A stretch of DNA of 64,000 nt from Pristiophorus japonicus (taxonomy: Eukaryota), in the NCBI RefSeq assembly GCF_044704955.1, contig NC_091980.1:131316001-131380000 (forward strand), in the 5' to 3' direction. The position numbers were made by a program, and so were the translations under genes. Positions 1 through 10,958 of this stretch are shown in pieces. The notes under the pieces were generated by a model, which ran no database searches, was not told where the DNA came from, and saw only the letters and a list, made by a program, of their open reading frames with translations. Numbering within the stretch: position 1 is the stretch's first letter; each line of letters starts with the position of its first letter.

Positions 1-949
1 CAGCTTCATTGGTTAGTGTGGTGATTCTGAGAAAGATTCTCGTCTGCTCAATCCTACCTCATGGTTGAATAATTTGCCAATGTGACCTGGGCTTGCATGA
101 ATAAGGTGTTGAAGGAATACCTGTGTAACTACACTCCCAATGCATATTATCCTTCTCGGAGGAGTATCTGTATTTCATTAAATGCATAAAGCAAAAGGCC
201 CAAGAAGTTAAACACACACTTTTGGAAAAACATTTCTCCCACCCCGTGCCTCAATTCATAAACCCAATGTATTCATTTCTATTTATTCCCATTTTGCATT
301 TCATATCAAATAGCAATTAATCTGTCCAAATCCTACTGGATCTCCATTTCTTCCCCCATGAATGGATTCAAATGTTAATGCTGCAGCTGTAATAATCCAC
401 TGTTTACAAGTTAGTTTTAGGAAATTAGCTGAAAATGTATTTGTTGCAATTAAACTTACATCTTCAGCCATTCCATGTTAATATCTTTGTAACTCTCAAA
501 GGCACTTTTCGGGTGTCGATGTTACAAAATTTCATGCATTGAGCCACAATTCCACATGTCAGCCTGGGTTTGCGGCTGATGGGTTTGTGACTTCCTGTTT
601 CTGACAAAGTCTTCAGCTCACTCGATTTGAAAACCTTCACAGGTGCCGATATTTTAAGAATTACATCGAATTTACAGCACCGAAAAAGACCATTCGGACC
701 AACTGGGCCATGCTCTGGTTTATGCTCCATGTGAGCCTTCTCACTCCCCACTTCAAGACCTATCAGCATATCCTTCTATACCTTTCTGCCCTATGTGTTT
801 ATCTAGCTTCCCCTTAAATACATCTGTGCTCTTTGCATTGAGTTATTACTGCGGATAGCTCAGTAAACTAAATGCACTGCTGCTGTAGACTTCCTGTTGA
901 GCTGTGTGGGCAAAGAGCAAGTAACTGCCATACAGACCAGCAATGTCTG

Positions 950-1230
950 AGCTCAAGGCCAGCATTTATTGCCCATCTCTAATTGCCCTTGAAGATGAAC
1001 AGCCTTATAGCACTGAATGCCTTGCTGGGCCATTTCAGAGGGCAGTTGATAGTCAGCCACTTTGCTGTGACCCTGGAGTCACATATAGGCCAGACTGGGT
1101 AAGGACGGCAGGTTTCTTTCCCAAAAGGAGATTTGAGAAACACATGGGTTTTTATGACAATCTGCTCATTTCTTGATCACCAGGACTGATATTAGCTTTT
1201 TATTCAAGATTTATTTAATTAATTAGCTGA
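950..1230 (-). mobile_element. HE1-like elasmobranch SINE
   Basis: Reverse complement contains the tail GATGGGCAATAAATGCTGGCC. Paralogous copies lie near 14118-14400 and 40895-41180. Confidence 0.6.
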
Positions 1231-1409
1231 ATAGAGACTTTTCCCGCGTTCTCCGCTTCCCCCATGTCTGTTCCATCAATTTATTAATCCAATCCTCCAT
1301 AAATGTATCCATTTGTATTTCGGCCCATTGTGCATTTCATACCCATTCGCAATCCTACTGCATATCTGTTGGTCCCCTTCTCATCCATGAATGGATTCAA
1401 ATATTGTTG

Positions 1410-3826
1410 ATAGAAACATAGAAACATAGAAATAGGTGCAGGAGTAGGCCATTTGGCCGCTCGAGCCTGCACCACCATTCAATAAGACCATGGCTGATCA
1501 TCCAGCTGAGTACACCTTTCCTGCATTCTCTCCATACCCCTTGATCCCTTTAGCCATTAGGGCCATATTTAACTCCTTGAATATATCAAACGAACTGGCA
1601 TCAACAATTCGCTGCGGTCGAGAATTCCACAGGTTCACAACTCTGGATAAAGAAGTTTCTCCTCATCTCGGTCCTAAATGGCTTACCCCTTATCCTTAGA
1701 CTGTGACCCCTGGTTCTGGACTTCCCCAACATCGGGAACATTCTTCCTGCATCTAACCTGTCCAGTCCTGTCAGATTTTTATATGTTTCTATGAGATCCC
1801 CTCTCATCCTTCTAAACTCCAGTGAATACAGGCCCAGTCGATCCAGTCTCTCCACATATGTCAGTCCTGTCATGCCAGGAATCAGTCTGCTGAACCTTCA
1901 CTGCACTCCCTCAGTAGCAAGAACGTTCTTCCTCAGATTAGGAGACCAAAACTGAACACAATATTCCAGGTGAGGACTCACCAAGGCCCTGTACAACTGC
2001 AGTAAGACCTCCCTGCTCCTATACTCATCCCCTAGATATGAAGGCCAACATGCCATTTGCCTTCTTCACTACCTGCATGCCAACTTTCAATGACTGATGT
2101 ACCATGACACTCAGGTCTCGTTGCACCTCCCCTATTCCTAATCTTCCGCCATTCAGATAATATTCTGCCTTCACGTTTTTGCCACCAAAGTGGATAACCT
2201 CACATTTATCCACATTATACTGCATCTGCCATGCATTTGCCCACTCACCTAACCTGTCCAAGCCACCCGGCAGCCTCTTAGCATCCTCCTCACAGCTCAC
2301 ACCGCCACCCAGTTTAGTGTCATCTGCAAACTTGGAGATAATACACTCAATTCCTTCATCCAAATCATTGATGTATATTGTAAAGAGCTGGGGTCCCAGC
2401 ACTGAGCCCTGTGGCACTCCACTATTCATTGCCTGCCATTCTGAAAAGGATCCGTTTATCCTGACACTCTGCTTCCTGTCTGTCAACCAGTTCTCTATCC
2501 ACGTCAGTATATTACCCCCAATACCATGTGCTTTGATTTTGCACACCAATCTCTTGTGTGGGACCTTGTCAAAAGCCTTTTGAAAGTCCAAATACACCAC
2601 ATCCACTGGTTCTCCCTTGTCCACTCTACTAGTTGCATCCTCAAAAAATTCCAGAAGATTTGTCAAGCATGATTTCCCCTTTATAAATCCATGCTGACTT
2701 GGACTGATCCTGTCACTGCTTTCCAAATGCACTGCTATTTCATCCTTAATAATTGATTCCAACATTTTCCCCACTACTGATGTCAGGCTAACTGGTCTAT
2801 AACTAACAGCTTTCTCTCTCCCTCACTTTTTCAAAAGTGGTGCTACAATAGCTACCCTCCAGTCCATAGGAACTGATCCAGAGTCAATAAACTGTTGGAA
2901 AATGAACACCAATGCATCCACTATTTCGAGGGCCACTTCCTTAAGTACTCTGGGATGCAGACTATCAGGCTTCGAGAATTTATCGGCCTTCAATCCCATC
3001 CATTTCCCTAACACAATTTCGTGCCTAATAAGGATATCCTTCAGTTCCTCCTTCTCACTAGACTCTCGGTCCCCTCTTACTTCCGGAAGGTTATTTATGT
3101 CTTCCATCGTGAAAACAGAACCAAAATATTTGTTCCATTGGTCTGCCATCTCTTTGTTCCCCATTATAAATTCACCTGAATCCAACTGCAAGGGACCTAC
3201 ATTTGTCTTCACTCATTTTTTTTCCTTTCACATATCTAGAGAAGCTTTTGCAGTCAGTTTTTATGTTCCCAGAAAGCTTCTTCTCGTACTCTATTTTTCC
3301 CCTCTTAATTAAACCCTTTGTCCTCCTCTGCTGATTTCTATATTTCTCCCAGTCCTCAGGTTTGTTGCTTATTCTGGCCAATTTATATGCCTCTTCCTTG
3401 GATTTAACACTATCCTTAATTTCCCTTGTTAGCAACGGTTGAGCAACCTTCCCCGTTTTATTTTTACTCCAGAGAGGGATGTACAATTGCTGAAGTTCAT
3501 TCAGGTGATCTTTAAATGTTTGCCATTACCTATCTGCTGTCAACCCTTTAAGTATAATTTGCCAGTCTATTCTAGCCAAATCACGCCTCAAACCATCGGA
3601 GTTACCTTTCCCCAAGTTCAGGACCCTAGTTTCTTAATTAACTGTGTCACTCTCCACCTTAATAAAGAATTCTACCATGTTATGGTCACTCTTCCCCAAG
3701 GGGCCTCGCACAACAAGATTGCTAATTAGTTCTTTCTCATTACATATCACCCAGTCTAGGATGGCCAGCTCCCTAGTTGGCTCCTCGACATATTGGTCGA
3801 GAAAACTATCCCTAATACACTCCGGG
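1410..3826 (-). mobile_element. CR1 LINE, 5'-truncated, decayed ORF2
   Basis: RT motifs [31 protein letters not shown]; (TTTCTATG)n 3' tail at 1410-1432. Confidence 0.92.
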
Positions 3827-3959
3827 AAATATTTACTGAACATCGTGTTCCAGCAGAAAACATTCACCACTCTCCTCGCCTCTTTCCATTTGTGCTTTTC
3901 CCAGGGACAGTCAAACATCAAGAGAGATTAATCATTACCAAACATTCTGCACTCTGCGC

Positions 3960-4292
3960 TGCACTCTTGGAGATGCCATCTTTTGGATGAGATGTTCAAT
4001 CGAGGCTCCGTCTGCCCTCTCAGGTGGACAGAAAAGATCTCATGGTCCCATGGCACTATATCGAAGAAGAGCAGAGGAGTTATCACCGATGTCCTGGCCA
4101 ATATTTATTCCTCAACCAACATCACTGAAAATAGATTATGTGTTCATGACCACATTGCTGTTTGTGGGACCTTGATGTGTGCAAATTAGCTCTGCATTTC
4201 ATACAACAGTGACTGTGCTTCATTGGCTGTAAAGTGCTTTGGGACATCCTGAGATCATGAATGGCGCTATATAAATGCAAGGCTTTCTTTCT
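3960..4292 (+). mobile_element. Deu-domain SINE (SacSINE1-like), partial
   Basis: GGATGAGATGTT..CGAGG..GTCTGCCCTCTCAGGTGGA..GAAGAAGAGCAG core and TATAAATGCAAG tail. Confidence 0.65.
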
Positions 4293-4511
4293 GTACTGCA
4301 GTCTATCTCATTGTTAGGATATGGTAATTTTATTTCATGGTAATAAAACATGAACTGTACATCCCATATTCCCCTCCACATCTAGCTGATGTGTGTACAG
4401 GTACTCAATAAACTTAGAAGTGATGGAGTATCTGAGAACTTGTGTTTGACACATTCATCACAAGCACTTTCCATTCACCTGACACACTTGGTTGCTTTGC
4501 AGACTCACTGA

Positions 4512-5392
4512 AGGGCGGTTTTAGGTGGCAGGTGGGTGAGAGAGCTGTGTTTGGCAAGGTGACTGGAGTTAGGAACATACTTTATGGCAGAGGAGCGGGT
4601 TGGATGGCACCAGAGGAGCTGGCATGGTGCCTATCCTGGGCCAAAGTCCGGCGTGCGGCCAATGCTATCGAGTCGCTATAAACAGCACTGCACTCTAACT
4701 CCATTACGTGTGTCGAGGATGCCCAAGCACGTGGGGTGATCCCATCCAAACTGACCCCCGTCCGGTATCGGAATTTGTCATCGGCTTCAAGCCCGTCCTC
4801 CCTTTATTTACTGGGGACTTGGCCTGGAGGGTGTTGCATGGGGCAGTCCCGTGCAATCGATTTTTAAGTCGGTTCACGGACTCCCAGGCCGTCTGTAATT
4901 TCTGCGGTCTAGAGGACTCCTTGTTCCATATCTATGATGAATGTATGAGGTTGCACTTTCAATATTTGAAGTTGCTGCTCTTCAAATTCTGGTTGCACTT
5001 CAGTCCCAAGATCCTGATCTTTGGGCATCCTGTGCGGAAGGGAGTGGGCAGGTCGGAAGGCCTCCTCATAGGATTGCTCCTGGGCATGGCCAAAATGGCT
5101 ATTAACCAGTCCAGGCAGCGGGCGGTCGAGGGGGTCGTTCAGCCCAACTGCCTGCCTCTCTTCCGCGGTTACATTTGAGTGAGGGGTGTCCCTGGAAATG
5201 GAGCACGTGGTGTCCACCAGTAAGCTCGCGGCCTTCTGCGAGAGGTGGGCACCGGGAAGACTGAATGCATCATCACTCCCAGCAACCACATTTTAATTTG
5301 ACCATTTATTGTTTAGAAAATTTTATTGGTTAATTTGTCGGTTCTAGTGCCCCTTTAAAGGAGGCACTTGATTTATTGTTTTACAAAAGTAG
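4512..5392 (+). mobile_element. Tx1-clade non-LTR retrotransposon, 3' fragment with 15-bp TSD
   Basis: C-terminal zinc-finger region GDLAWRVLHGAV..CNFCGLEDSLFHIYDEC. TSD TTGCAGACTCACTGA at 4497-4511 and 5393-5407. 3'UTR hairpin at 5346-5368. Confidence 0.85.
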
Positions 5393-5512
5393 TTGCAGAC
5401 TCACTGATCTGTTTGGATGTTGCATCAAACCCGCAGATACCTGCAAATTACCAACCCACAGAACAATTCAGAACTAGTGAAAAGACACTGACTCGCAAAC
5501 AACAGAGGATGT

Positions 5513-5730
5513 CAAGGTGGCCATTATCTGGTCCGATCAGAGCGCGGTCGATGGAGTGATCTCTCCGTCTGCCTGCCTCCCTTCCGCAGCTATGTCCGTA
5601 CCCAGGTGTCCCTAGAGAGGGAGCACGCGGTGTCTGCCGGTATACTTGAGGCTTACCGTCATCGGTGGACACCAGAGGGACTGGAGTGCAGCGTGGATAC
5701 AGGGAACTAAATTATAATTTCAAAGATTTT
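5513..5730 (+). mobile_element. Older Tx1 3' fragment split by the Gypsy insertion (resumes ~10464-10530)
   Basis: CTGCCTGCCTC..GGCACCAGAGGGACTGGAGTGC motif. The uninterrupted paralog is at about 46963-47230. Confidence 0.7.
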
Positions 5731-8700
5731 TGTAGTATCCTTACACACTACTATAAATTCACACGAGGCACATTCTGCAGACAAGGTCACTCTGTGACCC
5801 GAACCTTTATTCACAGGACCAAAAAGTGATGACCCTGCGTGGGACCTCCCTTCATATACCTGGATGACCAGGTGAGGAGTGTCTCCCACAAGAACACCCC
5901 CTGTGGTCAAGGTGTGCATTTCTTGGGTGTATACAGTATGCAGTGTTGATACATGAAGGTTACAGTTACATGAAGGTTACATATATGACATCACTCCTCC
6001 CCAACGTTTTATAGGGTCAAAGATTACGTCGTTCGAGCAGTCGATGCTCTCTCGTGGAGCGCTGCAGTTGGGGCTCTGGTTGTTGAGCTTGGCATGCGTC
6101 TCTGTCACCTGTGGTGATTCCGGCTTGTCCAGGCTGGTCGCAGGGACTGTGCATGCTGCTGAAAGTTCTTGTTGCTCATTCACTGGCGATGGTGTTGGCA
6201 GCATCTCATGATCTTCCTCAGGTTCCTCAGTGTCCATGCTGAACTGTTTATTTACTTGGTCCAGATGCCTGCGGCATATCTGTCCATTGTTAAGTCTGAC
6301 CACTATTATCCTATTCCCCTCTTTGCCAAATACAGTACCCTCAAGCCACTTGGGCCCCAAAGCGTGATTAAGAACAAATACAGGGTCATTGATTTCTATA
6401 CATCTCCCCTTTGAGTTACGGTCATGGCACTCATTTTGGGACTGTTGCTTGCCCTCAACAATGTCGACAGGACTAGATGAATGACGGACAGCCGAATTTT
6501 AAGTGTTCGTTTCATGAGTAGTTCCGCGGGCGGGACTCCCGTGAGCGAATGCGGTTGGGACCTATAGGCCAACAGAAGGCGCGTTAGGCAGCATTGAAGG
6601 AAGGGTCCTTGAATCTGGAGCATGCCTTGCTTTATGATTTAGACTGCGCGTTCCGCCTTGCCTTTGGAAGGCGGGTTGAACGGTGCTGTGCTGACATGTT
6701 TGATGCCATTACCCGATATGAACTCCCGGAATTCATAGCTAGTGAAACACGGGCCATTGTCGCTAGCCAGAATGTCCGGCAAGCCGTGGGTTGCAAAGAC
6801 AGTGGTGGATGTCGTGCACGAATTCAATATGATGCACTCGATTCATTTCGCGTATGCATCAACAACAATGAAGGCCATTTTTCCCTTGAACGGGCCCAAG
6901 TAGTCTACGTGAATACGTGACTATGGCCTGGTGGGCCAAGGCCACGGGCTGAGTGGGGCCTCCTTGGGGGCATTGCCCAGCTGGGCACATGTCGTGCACC
7001 TGCGAACACAGTGTTCCAGGTCTGAGTCAATTCCCGGCCACTATACATGTGACCGGGCAATGGCCTTCATTAGCACAATGCCTGGGTGCTCGCTGTGGAG
7101 TTCCCTGATGAATGCTTCCCTTCCCTTCTGGGGCATGACTACCCGGCTGCCCTATAGTTGGCAGTCGGCTTGGATGGAGAGCTCATCCACCCGTCTGTGA
7201 AACGGTCTGACCTCCTCGGGGCATGCTCCATGTGCGGGCGCCCAATCCCCAGTCAGGACACATTTCTTAATCAAGGAAAGGAGGGGATCTCTGTTGGTCC
7301 AGATTTTGATCTGGTGGGCTGTGATGCGGGAGCCTGCGCTGTCAAAGGCATCGACAGTCATGACCATCTCAGCGCTTTGCTCCGCTGCCCCATCAGTGGT
7401 GGCCAGTGGAAGCCTGCTGAGCGCGTCAGCGCAATTTTCAGTGCCGGGCCAGTGTCGTATGGTGTAGTCATAGGCAGCCAGCGTGAGAGCCCATCGCTGT
7501 ATGCGAGATGACGCATTGGAATTGGCAGCTTTGCTGTCTGACAACAGGGATGTTAATGGCTTGTGGTCCGTTTCTAACTCAAACCTTCTGCCAAAAGGTA
7601 CTGGTGCATCTTTTTCACCCCGTAGACAAATGCGAGTGCTTCCTTTTCAACCATCCCATATCCCCTTTCTGCTTGGGAGAGCGACCTGGAGGCATAAGCC
7701 ACAGGTTGAAGTTGGCCCTCATCAGTACTCTGCCGCAACACGCACCTGACCCCACAGGATGATGCATCACATGTCAAAACCAATTTTTTACAGTGGTTGT
7801 ACAGGGTCAACAGCTTATTAGAACAAAGCAGGTTTCGCGCCCGATTGAAAGTCCGTTCCTGACAGTCCCCGCAAAACCAATCGCAACCCTTATGCAGCAG
7901 CACATATAGCAGCTCCAACAATGTGCTTAAGTTCGGCAGAAAGTTCATGAAATAGTTCAAGAAATGAACGCAACTCCTTTGTGTTGCCGGGCCTGGGCGC
8001 ACGACGAATCACCTCAGTTTTGGATTCGGTGGGCCGGATCCCGTCTGCGGCAACCCTCCTGCCCAAAACCTCGACCTCTGGGGCCAAAAACACACACTTG
8101 GACTTCAATAGTCGCAGGCCTACCCGGTCCAGTCGGCGTAGAACCTACTCCAGGTTGTGGAGGTGTTCCTCGGTGATAAGGATGTCGTCCTGAAATACGA
8201 CTGTTTCAGAGTTGGATTTGAGCAGGCTTTCCATGTTCCTTTGAAAGATAGCGGCCACTGATCGAATGCCAAATGGACACCTGTTGTAGACAAACACCCC
8301 CTTGTGCGTGGTGATGGTGGTCAGTAGCTTGGATTATTGGCCAGTTCCAGGGTCATGTAGGCTGAAGTGAGATCCAACTTGGTGAACAGCTTGCCGCCTG
8401 CCAGCGTGGCAAAAAGATCCTCCACTGTCGGAAGCGTGTATTGGTCTTGTAGTGACACTCGGTTGATAGTGGCCTTGTCGTCGCCACAGATCCTGACTGA
8501 GCCATCCATTTTTAGGACAGGGATGATGGGGCTTGCCCAGTCACTGAATTCAACGGGCGGAATTATGCCCTCTCTTAGCAACCTGTCCAACTCACTCTCA
8601 ATTTTCTCCCGCATCACATACATCACAGCTCTGGCTTTGTGGTGCACTGGTCTGGCATCCGGGGTGATGCTATCACCACTTTGGTACCTTTGAAAGTCCC

Positions 8701-10458
8701 GACACCAGGTTGAAATAGTGAGTCAAATTTCTGTAGGACCTGTGAGCATGAACTTCGCTTCACAGATGAAATGGCGTGCACATCCCCCCATTTCCAGTTC
8801 ATCTCGGCTAGCCAGCTTCTCCCCAAAAGTGTGGGACTATTTCCCAGGACAATCCAGAGTGGCAGCCGGTTCTCTGATCCATTATGTGTAACCAGCAACA
8901 TTGCACTGCCTAGCACTGGGATGATCTCTTTGGTGTACATCCGTAATTGCGTGTCAATGCGTTCTAGTTTGGGTCTGCTAGCTCTGAGTGGCCGTAGTTT
9001 TTCAAATTGTTGGACACTCATAAATGACTGGCTGGCCCCTGTGTCCAGCTCCATGCGTACCAGGATGCCATTTAAGAGGACTTTCATCATCATAGGTGGC
9101 GTTTTTGTATATGAGCTGTGGATGTTCGCCACATGAACCCGCTGAACTTCAGCATCCATTGCTTTGTCCCAACCATCAACCTGCCTTGTCGACCCCTCTT
9201 GTAGTTCATCTGCCTCGTAAATTAGCCTCGCTGTGGGCTTCCTGCACATTGTGGCTAAATGTCCACTGAAGTTACAATTTCTACAGATAAATTGTTGAAA
9301 CCTGCAGGTTTTTGCAGCATGTCTGCCCCCGCACCTCCAGCATGAGCTGAGATCATTGTGAACAAAAGAACTGTTACCAGGCATTCCTCTCCGATTGCCT
9401 CTTTGATTACTCTTGAGCACTCTGTTAATGGGTGTCAATAGCCCCATCCCGGGACGTATTGTCCACTGTGATGGTGTAAATGTCCGTTCAACCTGGCATT
9501 GTCTCTGTTGAGGACCCGCTCTAGAGTCTGTTGCTGCCTGGGTGGTGTCGAATTGCCCTTGCCTGGCTGCGGGGTTCTGAGTCGCATTTACAATGTTAAC
9601 TCCCTGAACAATCACCACGTTGGAAGCAGCGTTGCGCGCATATATTATCTTGGTTTCCTCCTCCCCCGCTATGAAGGTCTGAGCCATCAATGCCGCCACT
9701 TCCAAGGTCAAATCCTTGGTCTCAATTAGTTTTCTGAAAATCCCGGAATGACCAATGCCCTCAATGAAGAAATCCCTTAACATCTCCCCGCTGCAGGCGT
9801 CTGTGAACTTACAGGGGCTGGCCAATCGCCGAAGGTCCGCAATGAAGTCCGGTATGCTCTGTCCTTCACGACGTCAGTGTGTATAGAATCGGTGTTGGGC
9901 CATGTGTATACTGCTCGCCGGTTTGAGGTGCTCACCGATCAGTTTGCTGAGCTATTCAAAAGTTTTGTCCGCCGGCTTCTCAGGTGCGAGCAGATCTTTC
10001 ATCAGCACGTAGGTCTCAGGTCCACAGCTGGTCAGTAGATGCGCCCTTCGCTTGTCAGCCACTGCATCTCCCAGCCAGTCCTTTGTGACAAAGCTCTGCT
10101 TGAGCCCCTTAACGAAATCGTCCCAGTCCTCACCAACACAGTACCGTTCCTCTGTGCTACCAGTGGCCATTCTCGTGAGTCGTTGATTCCCATTTCTCGT
10201 TGCCAAATGTAGTGTCCTTACACACTACTATAAATTCACATGAGGCACATTCTGCAGACATGTGACCCGAACCTTTATTCACAGGACCAGGAAGTGATGA
10301 CCCTCTGTGGGACCTCCCTTTATATACCTGGATGACCAAGTGAGGAGTGTCTCCCACAAGTTCACCCCCTGTGGTCAAGGTGTGCAGTTCTTGGGTGTAT
10401 ACCGTATGCAGTGTTGTTACATGAAGGTTACAGTTACATGAAGGATACATACATGACA
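5731..10458 (-). mobile_element. Full-length decayed Ty3/Gypsy LTR retrotransposon (Mag/K02A2.6-like)
   Basis: LTRs 5731-5990 and 10208-10458 (TG..CA), TSD ATTTT/ATTTC, PBS-like TGGCAACGAG and PPT. gag has two CCHC knuckles; protease ELDTGAS, then RT, RNase H (CDAS) and integrase (SDNGPCFTS). Many frameshifts. Confidence 0.95.
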
Positions 10459-10729
10459 ATTTCTATGTTGGTATTGTCATAATTTGGACTTATTGTTTAT
10501 TCCCCCTTATAAAGGAGGCACTTATGGTTTAAATGTTTCCAATCGCTGATTTAATCATCCCAATTAGGGCAGTGGGCCGATCTGCGAATTGGCACAGGTT
10601 CGATGGGCCGAATGGCTTTCTTCCCTGCTTGAACCATTCTTTGATTCTATGAATTGATTGTCCTAAAGATTAAACCTGTGATTCTGGATATTTGAACTGT
10701 GTTTAGGACAATTGTGATCCTTATTGAGT

Positions 10730-10890
10730 TGTCAACCAATGATGCTCATTCTTCAAAGATCTGACTGGCTCTGGGAGTCCATTTCCCCTCCTCCCTTTAT
10801 GTGATTGGTGCTCTGAGAGGCTGCAATATCTGATTGGACAATTATCTAGGCTGCCGCACCCTCTATTATCCAGCAGTACAAATACAGGAG
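10730..10890 (+). promoter_or_regulatory. Ferritin copy 1 proximal promoter (3 CCAAT boxes, mutated TATA)
   Basis: CCAAT at 10736, ATTGG at 10804 and 10833, TACAAATA at 10877-10884. The block is conserved upstream of all copies. Confidence 0.65.
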
Positions 10891-10958
10891 TTTGAGGTTA
10901 GTTAAATTTCAGTTTGGTACTTCATCAAAGTTTAGACTTCAATATAAAAAAAAATAAG

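Noticed and set aside
2179-3931. Plus-strand ORFs opposite CR1/Gypsy coding regions (many in the track)
   Set aside because: They are antisense shadows of TE reading frames with no independent support.
8623-9825. 400-aa gag-protease ORFs (also 35484-36692) as domesticated genes
   Set aside because: They lie in LTR-bounded elements, with different upstream stops and downstream frameshifts in each copy, consistent with neutral decay.
10740-10775. Antioxidant response element in the ferritin promoter
   Set aside because: TGATGCTCA and TGACTGGCT do not match TGA(C/G)nnnGC.
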